Source: Bdellovibrionia bacterium (GTDB lineage: Bacteria > Bdellovibrionota > UBA1018). From it: DNA of 17,618 bases. The notes under the pieces were generated by a model that ran no database searches, was not told the DNA's origin, and saw nothing but the letters and a program-made list of their open reading frames with translations. The first letter of the stretch is position 1; each line of letters opens with the position of its first letter. This document shows, one piece after another, positions 1 to 8,412 of this stretch. The stretch covers positions 1 through 17,618 of the forward strand of contig JBJMMA010000082.1 of assembly GCA_045805065.1 (NCBI GenBank), in the 5' to 3' direction. Position numbers and translations under genes: made by a program.

Positions 1-1897
1 AAGCCGGGTCAATCGGCGCAATCTCTTCAACGCGGGCGGGCTGCCATCCGCGGTAGGAGAAAGCATCCGCATGAAGCTGGCCTTGCGAATCAAAGGCAGG
101 AAAGCGGAAACCTGTCTCCGTTTGCGTGATGAGTTCAGACTTTCCGTTGCGAAGCGCGTAGATATTATCAACGCCCGTGCGATCTGAGACAAAGTAAAGC
201 TCACTGCGAGGATTCACGGCAGGGAAGCGATTTAAAGCCCCATCTTCGACCAGAACCGTGACTTTACCTGTCGCGCGATCCAGAGCAGCGATTTGCTCGC
301 CAAGTTTTCCATTCACATGCCAGGAGAAGTAAATCGTCTTTCCATCTGCGGAGAATTTCGGCGTATGAACCGCATCCATTTTCGCAGGCCAGAAGACTTC
401 ACGCGCGCGACCCATTCTGAGTCTTCCGCCAATGACTTTCAAAGGAGCAACGGCAAGACCGGTCGTCGCGTTTTTCGATAATGTAAAAGCAACCCATTCT
501 CCATCGCGCGAGACATCCGGATCGCGCGCACGAAGGCTGTCGGACAAGGATTTTTCAGTGCCGTTCTCAACAGAGTAAACCTTCAGATCGCTCCAAAGGT
601 AATAGATCGTTTTACGGTTCAAGGTGCTGTAGACCAGATTCTTTGAGTCGGGAGTGAACGCAAGACTTGCGCCCGAAACTTTCGCGGTCACTCGCTGGAT
701 CGATCCATCTTTTCGGTCCATTAGATAAAGCGATTGATACTGGTTGGAGCTAGTTTGCGTGTAGGCCAGCCAGCGCCCGTCGGGCGAGAAAGCCATTCCC
801 AAAGTATCAAACGTATCGTGCGCAATCTGAGAGGTCTCAATGACTTCAACTTTGCTCTGAGGCTGCGAGCGAAGCTTTGCGATCTCTCCGCGCACGCGCT
901 CTTGAGCGCTCTGGATCATCAAAGCCCAGTTCGTGTACCAATCGCGGCCCGAGATGTTTTCAAGATTTCCGTTAATGAAAAAAGGGATGCGATTGCCGGA
1001 GCGCCAGCTCATCTCGCCCAACATGTTCTCACCTTCGTGAGTGGGCGGACCGGGCGGAAGTCTCGATGATCCGTCCGCGGTGCGCAGACCGACATCCTGG
1101 CGCGCAACCTGGTTCATGAGCTGATAGCCAAAGGTATATGCCGTCTCGCCGTAAGGGTAGTAAGGATTCGGGCCATTCACCTTATCGAGCGTGATGAACG
1201 CGGGATCATCCATCACATTGCGCGAAATGGCTGAGCGGAGAAGCATTTCATAGTAAGGGCTTCGGCCGCGACCGCCGTGCGTGTAGCGCGTTTCCATGTA
1301 CACGGCCAAGCCTTCCAGCATCCAGGCGGGCCAGGCCGAGTTTGGCAAAAGCACATCGCCAAACACATAGCGAAGCGCTTCCCACAGGCCGCGCGTCGTA
1401 TCCATATTCACCATGTGAGTGTACTCATGCAAAACCAGAAGCCTGAGCCAATCATCATAGTAAGCGGTGCTGAACCAATCATCGGGAGGCGTGATGTAGA
1501 GCACGATCCCAAAGCGCGCGACAGCAGAGGTCAGTCCGTTTGCCGCATCGGCATTATCAATGAGAAGCACTTGGGTTTTATGAATCGGCTGCCAATTGAG
1601 CTTGGCTGCCAAAAGAGCATTCGCTTCTTCAAAAAGTCCCGCGGATCGTTGCGCGGTATCGCTGAGCTCTTTGGGAAAGGTGAGCCTGAAATGCTCGGTC
1701 TCGATCGTTTTCCAATCCCAATACGGAGACAAGCCTAAGGCGTCACCTGGGTAAAGCTCACGCGAGACAGGTGGAGTCAGCCTTGATTCTGAATCAGTGG
1801 AATCAAGAGCATGCGCATTCGTCAGATTTGCAGATAATCCCACCATCAAAAGCAGGGCAGCGAGCCCTGCTTTGCGAAGTCTCTTAGGATGAAGCAT
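1..1897 (-). CDS. Secreted zinc metallopeptidase (gluzincin/peptidase MA-like) + PD40/TolB-type beta-propeller protein, 3' end truncated by the window edge; possibly an Omp85/BamA-family fusion
   Basis: Hand translation from ATG at 1897 is open to the window edge (>630 codons). Signal peptide MLHPKRLRKAGLAALLLMVGLSANLTNAHA. HEYTH at 1415-1429 with downstream WMLEGLAVYME (E at 1313-1315). Repeated PD40-like blades: MAFSPDGRWLAY, LAFTPDSKNLVY, PDVSRDGEWVAF, PKFSADGKTIYF, PAVNPRSELYF, PAFDSQGQL. Absent from the ORF track because no stop lies in the window. Confidence 0.88.
   Translation of the reverse strand, partial: MLHPKRLRKAGLAALLLMVGLSANLTNAHALDSTDSESRLTPPVSRELYPGDALGLSPYWDWKTIETEHFRLTFPKELSDTAQRSAGLFEEANALLAAKLNWQPIHKTQVLLIDNADAANGLTSAVARFGIVLYITPPDDWFSTAYYDDWLRLLVLHEYTHMVNMDTTRGLWEALRYVFGDVLLPNSAWPAWMLEGLAVYMETRYTHGGRGRSPYYEMLLRSAISRNVMDDPAFITLDKVNGPNPYYPYGETAYTFGYQLMNQVARQDVGLRTADGSSRLPPGPPTHEGENMLGEMSWRSGNRIPFFINGNLENISGRDWYTNWALMIQSAQERVRGEIAKLRSQPQSKVEVIETSQIAHDTFDTLGMAFSPDGRWLAYTQTSSNQYQSLYLMDRKDGSIQRVTAKVSGASLAFTPDSKNLVYSTLNRKTIYYLWSDLKVYSVENGTEKSLSDSLRARDPDVSRDGEWVAFTLSKNATTGLAVAPLKVIGGRLRMGRAREVFWPAKMDAVHTPKFSADGKTIYFSWHVNGKLGEQIAALDRATGKVTVLVEDGALNRFPAVNPRSELYFVSDRTGVDNIYALRNGKSELITQTETGFRFPAFDSQGQLHADAFSYRGWQPARVEEIAPIDPA
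1849..1873 (-). terminator. Intrinsic terminator/attenuator-like hairpin just after ygfZ, inside the signal-peptide codons of the next gene
   Basis: Perfect 10-bp inverted repeat AAAGCAGGGC-agcga-GCCCTGCTTT. The minus strand reads GCAGGGC-TCGCT-GCCCTGC-TTTTG, about 10 nt after the ygfZ stop. Confidence 0.45.
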
Positions 1898-2873
1898 AGG
1901 GTGAGATTCGAACGATCGACCCCGTGGCAGGCGATCCTTCCATTCGAATCATGAATCCTTCCTTGGCGTGAATTTTCCGGACATACCCCAGAGCACGAAA
2001 TCCATTTCCAGAGGCATGAACGCTGGTAATCAGTCCGACTTCGGCTGATGGCTCAGCCGTATTGAGCATCTTTGCTCCGATCGCAGGAACCGGTCCTGTG
2101 CCTTCGACTGTTGCCAGTCGACGCGCAGGGGATCCCAGCGAGATAATTTTTTCGATGACTTCCTGGCCGGGATAGCAACCCTTGTTGGGCGCGATCGCAT
2201 CCATCAGGCCAGCTTCGAGAGGAATAGTCGCGTCCGTGAGCTCGCGATCCACCCAAGGGCGGTTGGAATCAATTCTCCAGCCATCGACCACTTCAGCCGA
2301 AATGACGGGGGCGTCGCCGAATTGGCGATCCATCCATTGAGCAAGACGCTGAGAGCGTCCCCAGACGGAAACCCACGTTTTTCCAAAGTCGTCTTTGCCG
2401 TGATGGCAGATGCGAATCTCTTCATCGACCGCGAGGGTTTTCATCGCGGAGAACTCGGAACCGGCCGGAATTCCAAGCTTCCCAGCAAGCTCAGTCTCAT
2501 TTTCAGAGTCAGCAAAAATCCAGCGGCTCTCAAGTGACGTCACATCACTCAAAGTAATCTTCTCAGCAAAAGTGTACTGATCGATGGCGGTAAAAAGGCC
2601 AGTCTTCCAGTGATCACCGTTTCCAGCGTCAAACTCAAAGCCGTACTCGCCCTCGCCATAATTCCAGAGTGTGAAAAAGGCGCGAAGCTTTCCCTGAGCG
2701 GTCAGGAGACAGCCCTTGGAGCCCTGGCCGACCTGCATGGCCTGAGTATTGACCGTGGAGATCCGGTGAAGAAAATCGAGGGCGTCCGGCCCTGTCAGCG
2801 TGGCCCAAGACCAGCGATAGGGAGGGTGAGACGTGGAACCAGAGTGTGCAACCGGATTAAAGACTGAAATCAT
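1884..2873 (-). CDS. ygfZ: Folate-binding Fe-S cluster repair / tRNA-modification protein YgfZ (GcvT family)
   Basis: Signature KGCYPGQE; N-terminal GPDALDFLHRISTVN and LLTAQGKL typical of YgfZ/GcvT. ATG at 2873 has GAGGTG 9 nt upstream and is preferred over GTG at 2885. Confidence 0.92.
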   Translation of the reverse strand: MISVFNPVAHSGSTSHPPYRWSWATLTGPDALDFLHRISTVNTQAMQVGQGSKGCLLTAQGKLRAFFTLWNYGEGEYGFEFDAGNGDHWKTGLFTAIDQYTFAEKITLSDVTSLESRWIFADSENETELAGKLGIPAGSEFSAMKTLAVDEEIRICHHGKDDFGKTWVSVWGRSQRLAQWMDRQFGDAPVISAEVVDGWRIDSNRPWVDRELTDATIPLEAGLMDAIAPNKGCYPGQEVIEKIISLGSPARRLATVEGTGPVPAIGAKMLNTAEPSAEVGLITSVHASGNGFRALGYVRKIHAKEGFMIRMEGSPATGSIVRISPYASS

Positions 2874-2966
2874 ATGTTTACCCACCTCGAAACTAGGTCA
2901 AAAAGCGGCTCGATGCAAGGTACTAAGCTGGACAGCCGGGATAGGTTGTGCGAGAAGTGGGCCGCA

Positions 2967-3980
2967 ATGAAAAAAACGCAGTACACCCGAGATTTCAAAG
3001 ACAAAGACACGGTCGCCTCCCCATTCCTGATCAAATACAGCGCACTTGGCGTGGGTAAGAACGGCAAGCCATTCATGAACCTGATCCTGATGGACAAATC
3101 AGGCGAGATTGAAGCACGTCTTTGGGAAGATGCCGACCGCCACGCCGGCCAGGCTGTGCGCGATGCCTTTGTCTGGGTGGAAGGCAAGTGCCAGGTCTAT
3201 CAAGGCCGCCGCCAGGTCGTTGTGAACAAGATCCAGGTCCTTCGCGAAGACGACGTCGAGATCAAAGACTATCTGGCCGAAGGCGAGCTCGATGCTGAAG
3301 AGCTTTACTCTCAGCTCATGGGCTATGTCGCCAGCATGCAGGACCCATTTTACAAGGCTCTGGCCGAAGCGGTTTTGAGAGATGACGCCGACGTCGTCGA
3401 CCGGATCAAGAGAGCGCCAGCCGCTAAGAGCATGCACCATGCTTATAAGACGGGCCTTCTGGAGCATGTGATCTCGATCACGGGAATTCTGGATCATCTC
3501 GCGCGCCATTACGGCAAAGTCGTCGATCGCGATCTGCTTTTCTTAGGCGGTTTCTTTCATGACATCGGAAAGCTCTGGGAACTCTCTTATGATCGCGTGA
3601 CCGATTACACGACCGAAGGTCGCCTCATCGGCCATCTCGTCATGGGCACTGAGCTTGTGGATAAGAAGATTCGTGAGCTCGAAGCACAACCCGGTCGTCT
3701 CCCAGGAGTATTCCCTGAAGAGAAGCGCCTTTTGATCAAGCATGTGATCTTGGCACACCACGGACTCCTTGAGTACGGCTCACCAAAACGCCCGAAGTGC
3801 ATCGAAGCGCTCATCGTTCATATGATCGATGACCTTGATTCCAAGGTGAACTCGATTTCGCGCTTCATTGAGCAAGACGCAACTCCCGGCAAGTGGACGG
3901 CGCTCAATCGCAATTATGAGCGTTACTTCTTCAAGCCAGATTGGGCTTTGCAGGCGCAAGAGAAGCCGTCAGAAGATTAA
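2967..3980 (+). CDS. yhaM: 3'-5' exoribonuclease YhaM/Cbf1 family (OB-fold + HD domain)
   Basis: N-terminal OB fold (KNGKPFMNLILMDKSGEIEARLWE); HD motifs HHAYKTGLLEH, HDIGK, LIGH, HHGLLEYGSP, DDLDSK. Start moved to ATG 2967 (MKKTQY), leaving a 93-bp divergent intergenic region with ygfZ. Confidence 0.92.
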   Translation: MKKTQYTRDFKDKDTVASPFLIKYSALGVGKNGKPFMNLILMDKSGEIEARLWEDADRHAGQAVRDAFVWVEGKCQVYQGRRQVVVNKIQVLREDDVEIKDYLAEGELDAEELYSQLMGYVASMQDPFYKALAEAVLRDDADVVDRIKRAPAAKSMHHAYKTGLLEHVISITGILDHLARHYGKVVDRDLLFLGGFFHDIGKLWELSYDRVTDYTTEGRLIGHLVMGTELVDKKIRELEAQPGRLPGVFPEEKRLLIKHVILAHHGLLEYGSPKRPKCIEALIVHMIDDLDSKVNSISRFIEQDATPGKWTALNRNYERYFFKPDWALQAQEKPSED

Positions 3981-4005
3981 TTCTCCATCAAAGATTTTAA
4001 TTACC

Positions 4006-4042
4006 AAAAAGCCCGAGTCATCTTGTGATGACCCGGGCTTTT
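4006..4042. terminator. Bidirectional intrinsic terminator between convergent genes
   Basis: AAAAAGCCCGAGTCATC-ttgt-GATGACCCGGGCTTTT: GC-rich stem with one mismatch (G-U on the minus strand) flanked by A- and T-tracts, between the yhaM stop (3980) and the 4063 stop. Confidence 0.88.
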
Positions 4043-4062
4043 AAATTTCTATCGGAAGGCGG

Positions 4063-4425
4063 TTACTGGCAGCTCGACTGTCCCGAAACCTCTGCTTGAT
4101 AGGTAGAGATTCTGGAGAAAGGGAAGCCAAACTGAGGCATGTAAGACTTGCGGATCACAAGCGTACCGTGGCCGCAAACGACGTCACCGCCGAGCAGCTT
4201 GATTCCAGTGATTTTATATTCCGTCGTGTCTTCCATCTCGTTCACTTTTACTTCTTCGACGGTATCAGCGTACTTAGCAAATTCAGCGACCTTTGCAGCG
4301 CCGTCATGGCTCAAAAGGGCTGCAACCACTTCTTGGGTTTCTTTGCTTACGTCACGCTCAGAAGCGAAGGACGGAGACACAGATAAGAGTGCAAATGCAC
4401 CGATTGCAAACAATTGGATTTTCAT
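4063..4425 (-). CDS. Small secreted hypothetical protein (120 aa, two Cys)
   Basis: Sec signal MKIQLFAIGAFALLSVSPSFA; GAGG RBS upstream of the ATG; ends just before the terminator; no family recognised. Confidence 0.8.
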   Translation of the reverse strand: MKIQLFAIGAFALLSVSPSFASERDVSKETQEVVAALLSHDGAAKVAEFAKYADTVEEVKVNEMEDTTEYKITGIKLLGGDVVCGHGTLVIRKSYMPQFGFPFSRISTYQAEVSGQSSCQ

Positions 4426-4556
4426 AAGTACCTCTGAATTAAATTCCCGAATGGAGCCCGCAGCGAGCGTGGCCCGTTTGAGCGCGTAGGCTTATTACAT
4501 TGGATATATAAGTTCAAAGCATATTATTAGGGCCACTCGGACTCGGCGCGAAAAGC

Positions 4557-5597
4557 CTAATGATCCCAAGAGCTCTGAAGAAACCGAAGCGTGCGCTCAG
4601 CGACCCTTTTTTGAATCTGCAGTTTTCGCTGAGTGTCTGCGCAGAGCTCCTTGAGTTCCGGATCTTCGACTTTTTCTAACCCTGGGCGGCAAGCCATAAG
4701 AAAAGTCATATGAACCGACTCCGGCACGACCTCCGCCTGACTTGGCTTCAGCAGCTTGAGAAAATCCAAGGAAAAGATTTCATCCTGAGGCTCGGCCAGT
4801 TTCGAAGCGATCAGAACCAGTGGAGTTTTCAATTGTCGCAAAGTTTGCGGATTGAAGGAGCGGGTAAAACCAGGATCCAGTGCCACCACGGATTTGATTC
4901 TTGGGTCAGAATAATCGCCCTCAATCACATCTTTCCCATAGGACTTGAAATCCAGTTTCGAAAGTTCATCGCACTGCTTTTTGTACATCGGATCTCTGGA
5001 TCCACCGCAATTTGGAACCGGATTGGTGAATTGAGCGAAAGAGAAGCGTGCTCCTCCCAGGAGGAGTGCAGCGGCGCCTCCAGCCGAGTGGCCAGCCACC
5101 GAGACTTTGGAGAGATCAATACGGTTTTGAAACTCGTGAGTTTTCAGAACTTCATCTAATGCGAATCTTAAATCTTTAGGCCTGTCCCAAACACGCATCA
5201 GGCCATCCGCCGACGAATTGCCGAACATGTTTCCGGGATGATCCACGGCGATCACGATGATGCCATTTTTAACCAGAACGTCGGCTAACCAAAAAAGCCG
5301 GTTCGCCAGTCCCATCGAGCCATGAGACAAAAGGACAACGGGATACTGGTCCGACCCTTTTGGAAGAGGGGCATTTGGCGCAGCAACTACAGGTAGGAAA
5401 GGACCCTTTTGAGCTTGAGGCTGAGCTGGAGTCTTAGCATCAGCCGATGCGTTACTAGGAAACCAGACATGAGTCGTGATCTTCCGATCTCTTGCCTTAT
5501 CTAAAAAAGTGAAGTCACGAGAGCCGACTGAGTACGGTTCTCTGGCAGTACCATTCGCAACCACTATAAAAGATAAAAGCAGTAGAAGAGCGCGCAC
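4557..5597 (-). CDS. Secreted alpha/beta hydrolase (predicted dienelactone hydrolase / PAF-acetylhydrolase-like)
   Basis: Signal peptide; PVVLLSHGSMG, AVDHPG, WDRPKDLRFALD, nucleophile elbow GHSAGG, DPRIKSVVALDPG, candidate catalytic His in VHMTF. GTG start 3 nt after the tatD stop. Confidence 0.88.
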   Translation of the reverse strand: MRALLLLLSFIVVANGTAREPYSVGSRDFTFLDKARDRKITTHVWFPSNASADAKTPAQPQAQKGPFLPVVAAPNAPLPKGSDQYPVVLLSHGSMGLANRLFWLADVLVKNGIIVIAVDHPGNMFGNSSADGLMRVWDRPKDLRFALDEVLKTHEFQNRIDLSKVSVAGHSAGGAAALLLGGARFSFAQFTNPVPNCGGSRDPMYKKQCDELSKLDFKSYGKDVIEGDYSDPRIKSVVALDPGFTRSFNPQTLRQLKTPLVLIASKLAEPQDEIFSLDFLKLLKPSQAEVVPESVHMTFLMACRPGLEKVEDPELKELCADTQRKLQIQKRVAERTLRFLQSSWDH

Positions 5598-5600
5598 TTC

Positions 5601-6389
5601 TTAAATCCTGAAGAACCGACGAGCGTTCGCCGTTGTGACTTTCGCGACCTCTTCGAGGGTGATGCCTTTCACTTCGGCAAGCTTAGTGGCGGTCAGGCGA
5701 ACCATCGAAGGCTCGCATTTCTTTCCGCGATGAGGAATCGGAGCAAGATAAGGCGAGTCGGTTTCAACCAGGATCTTTTCCAGTGGAAACTCACGCGCAC
5801 ACTCGCGAAGGTCTTCGGCATTTTTAAAAGTCAGAATGCCTGAGAAAGAAATATAAAAGCCCAGATCCAAACATGCGCGACCAAAGTCGCGCGTACCGGT
5901 AAAGCAATGGATCACACCCGGAATCGCACCCGGCGCAACTCGAGAAGCATAATCTTTCAAAGCACGCAAAAGATCGTCTTCGCCTTCGCGAGAATGGATC
6001 ACAACCGGCTGCTGGGTCCGAAGAGCAATCTCAAGCTGAGCCTGGAGCCACCTCTGCTGAACATCTCGAGGGGAGTGGTCGTAGTGATAATCGAGACCAA
6101 TCTCACCAATGGCGCGGCACTTGGGATGGTGCGCGGCTTTTTCCAAAGCAGCAAGATCCGCATCTTTGATCTCAATCGAGTCGTGCGGATGGTAGCCTAC
6201 CGTATGGTAAACGTTTTCATACTTCTCAGAAATCTTTTGAACCGTATCGAGCGTTGCCGGATCCACGCCAATCGTCACGAGAGTGCTGACTCCCTGAGCC
6301 CTGGCTTCGTTGATCAGATCCTCAGTCGACTTCGGAGCGTAGTCGTAATTGAGGTGGCAATGCGTATCGATCAGCTCAAAATTTTCCAT
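5601..6389 (-). CDS. tatD: TatD-family metal-dependent nuclease
   Basis: DTHCH, GYHPH, GEIGLDY, IHSR, IHCF and ETDSPYLAP motifs. Confidence 0.96.
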   Translation of the reverse strand: MENFELIDTHCHLNYDYAPKSTEDLINEARAQGVSTLVTIGVDPATLDTVQKISEKYENVYHTVGYHPHDSIEIKDADLAALEKAAHHPKCRAIGEIGLDYHYDHSPRDVQQRWLQAQLEIALRTQQPVVIHSREGEDDLLRALKDYASRVAPGAIPGVIHCFTGTRDFGRACLDLGFYISFSGILTFKNAEDLRECAREFPLEKILVETDSPYLAPIPHRGKKCEPSMVRLTATKLAEVKGITLEEVAKVTTANARRFFRI

Positions 6390-6397
6390 AAAGAAAT

Positions 6398-7570
6398 CTA
6401 CTTGGCCATCGCGTCGACAAGCTTATCCCAGACTTGAAGAGGGAGAGCTCCTTCGACTTTATGACCATTCACAAAAAGAGTCGGCGTGGACTGAACCTGA
6501 AGCCGATCCGCTTCTGCGATATCGTTCTGAATCGCCATTTGAGTTTCAGCCGATTGCACGCAGGCGTTCAGCTTGGCTTCATCCAGGCCAGCTTTCTTTG
6601 CAAGTTCCGCAGGCATTCCAGGCTTCAGATTGTTCTGGTTCTCAAAAATGTCTTCATAGACTTCTTTGAATTTGCCTTGCTCGTTTGCGCAATAGGCCAC
6701 GCGAGCAGCTTCACAAGCCACGGCATGAAGCGCCTGCTTCATATTGTGATTGCAGGCCATATCGAGCGGGAAGTTTCTGAAGACGACTTTCACTTTTCCA
6801 GGAAAGCGATTGAGAACCGCATTGAACTGCTTGGCAGCCATCTGGCAGTGCGGGCATTGGAAGTCGCTGAACTCAACAACGGTGATCGGCGCATTGGACG
6901 GACCCAGTACCGGATACTTTCCATCTGCGGAAGCTGGGAGCGTAGGAGAGCTCAAGATGCCTTGAACGTAGAGGTCAACGTCCGAGGACTTGAGCTGAGA
7001 GTTGTCCATTCCCTTGGTGGCAACGACAGCAACAAAAACGCTGATCAGAACGCTGATGATCATGGTCTTGCGTGCTGAGCGCTCCTCTTCATCAGAGACG
7101 GCGCCCATGGTCTGAGGCTTAAGAGTCAGTGCCGCACCAAAAATCAGAACATTCACCACGTCCAGGACCAGGCAGAACAAGCAGTAGGTGTGAAGGATGC
7201 CGATCATCACAAAAAGATAGGCCAGGCTGGTTCCGACGGCGAAAGCACCCATGCCGATCAAAAGGCGGCTGGAGACTCGGCGCCAGGCGGTGCCCATTCC
7301 CATCATCGCCACTGCGAAAATTCCCAGAAGCCATCCCGTCGCCAGGCTTGATAGCGGAATGCCTCCGGCGACCTCTGCGTACTTGCTTGCGGCAACCGCA
7401 TCGCAGTTCATATTAGAGCCGATGTTGCAGATGGACTTAAAGCCCACCGCTCCTGAGCGAACTTCAAAGAAGTGCTGCGAGAGGTACACCGAGAGGCCGA
7501 TGCCGATCAGGGCAAGGACCATGATGATGTAGAGTTGAACCGGAGTTTTTTGTGATTGTGGCGTCGACAT
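6398..7570 (-). CDS. VKOR (vitamin K epoxide reductase homolog) - DsbA/thioredoxin fusion
   Basis: N-terminal multi-TM VKOR domain with loop Cys pair (SICNIGSNMNCDAV) and CLFC; C-terminal DsbA-like domain with EFSDFQCPHC and cis-Pro loop QSTPTLFVNG. Confidence 0.92.
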   Translation of the reverse strand: MSTPQSQKTPVQLYIIMVLALIGIGLSVYLSQHFFEVRSGAVGFKSICNIGSNMNCDAVAASKYAEVAGGIPLSSLATGWLLGIFAVAMMGMGTAWRRVSSRLLIGMGAFAVGTSLAYLFVMIGILHTYCLFCLVLDVVNVLIFGAALTLKPQTMGAVSDEEERSARKTMIISVLISVFVAVVATKGMDNSQLKSSDVDLYVQGILSSPTLPASADGKYPVLGPSNAPITVVEFSDFQCPHCQMAAKQFNAVLNRFPGKVKVVFRNFPLDMACNHNMKQALHAVACEAARVAYCANEQGKFKEVYEDIFENQNNLKPGMPAELAKKAGLDEAKLNACVQSAETQMAIQNDIAEADRLQVQSTPTLFVNGHKVEGALPLQVWDKLVDAMAK

Positions 7571-8349
7571 TAAAGGCCCCCTAAGGCTCCCGCGCGATAG
7601 ATCAGGTACTCAGCAAAAACTAAAAGAATGATTCCGCTCGCGGTCTTGATGGTTTTCATCCATTGACCTGAGCGAGGAAGAGATTGAATGGCGCCCGCAA
7701 AGGCTGCCACAACGAGAAGAATCGTTCCAAGCCCGACAGAAAAAGCGAGCATCAGAGCCAGGCCCAGTCCGATGGATTGGGTCTTGGCGATAAAGGCCAG
7801 AATGGTGGTGAGAACCGGTGTCGTGCAAGGTGCCGCAATAAATCCAGACGATGCGCCCAAGCCAAATGCTCCGAGCATGGACATGGGTTGGCCATGCGAA
7901 TGGTGAGAATGCGACACGGCTTTGGGTTGGATTCCGATTTTGCGTTTGAACCCTTCCCACATCATCATCGGATCAAATGGGATGACATCCAGCATGGTCA
8001 GTGCCGCCACTGTAATGATGGCGCCCAAACCGATGTACCAGCCTGGGGTATTGGTCAAAGCTCCAAAAACTTTGCCGGTCAGCCCAGCCAGAACTCCCAA
8101 GAAAGAATAGATAATCGCCATTCCTGCGACATAAGCTGCCCCGCGGATCCAGATTTCCTGCCAGCGGCGACGGGCCGGGCCTACGCCACCCACAACTCCA
8201 ATCGTGATCGGAATCATTGGGTAAACGCACGGGGTGAGGCTTGAAAGAATTCCGCCCAGGTAGGCCAGAAGCACGGCCAGGACAGATCCCCAGGCGCCTC
8301 CGGTTTCAGGCGAAAGAAGATGATTAATGAGCTGAGTCAGGGAGTTCAT
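7570..8349 (-). CDS. ccdA: CcdA / DsbD-beta family transmembrane thiol reductant transporter
   Basis: About six hydrophobic segments with the two catalytic motifs SLTPCVYPMIP and AAPCTTPVL; no periplasmic alpha/gamma domains; its stop overlaps the next start (TAATG at 7568-7572). Confidence 0.9.
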   Translation of the reverse strand: MNSLTQLINHLLSPETGGAWGSVLAVLLAYLGGILSSLTPCVYPMIPITIGVVGGVGPARRRWQEIWIRGAAYVAGMAIIYSFLGVLAGLTGKVFGALTNTPGWYIGLGAIITVAALTMLDVIPFDPMMMWEGFKRKIGIQPKAVSHSHHSHGQPMSMLGAFGLGASSGFIAAPCTTPVLTTILAFIAKTQSIGLGLALMLAFSVGLGTILLVVAAFAGAIQSLPRSGQWMKTIKTASGIILLVFAEYLIYRAGALGGL

Positions 8350-8412
8350 AGTTTATGTTCTCTACTTCTATTGGGGGTAGCATGAGTTCGAGCCCTTTGC
8401 TAGTTTGGACAC

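Noticed and set aside
293..1738. Plus-strand ORFs 293-481, 734-1069 and 1277-1738
   Set aside because: Antisense shadows of the long minus-strand peptidase/PD40 gene; no recognisable motifs.
2874..2966. N-terminal extension of yhaM given by the ORF track
   Set aside because: It would leave no room for divergent promoters and covers the ygfZ RBS; family similarity begins at MKKTQY.
2967..6389. yhaM, tatD and HD genes as an anti-phage defence island
   Set aside because: They look like ordinary housekeeping family members in separate transcription units, without defence-type partners or mobility genes.
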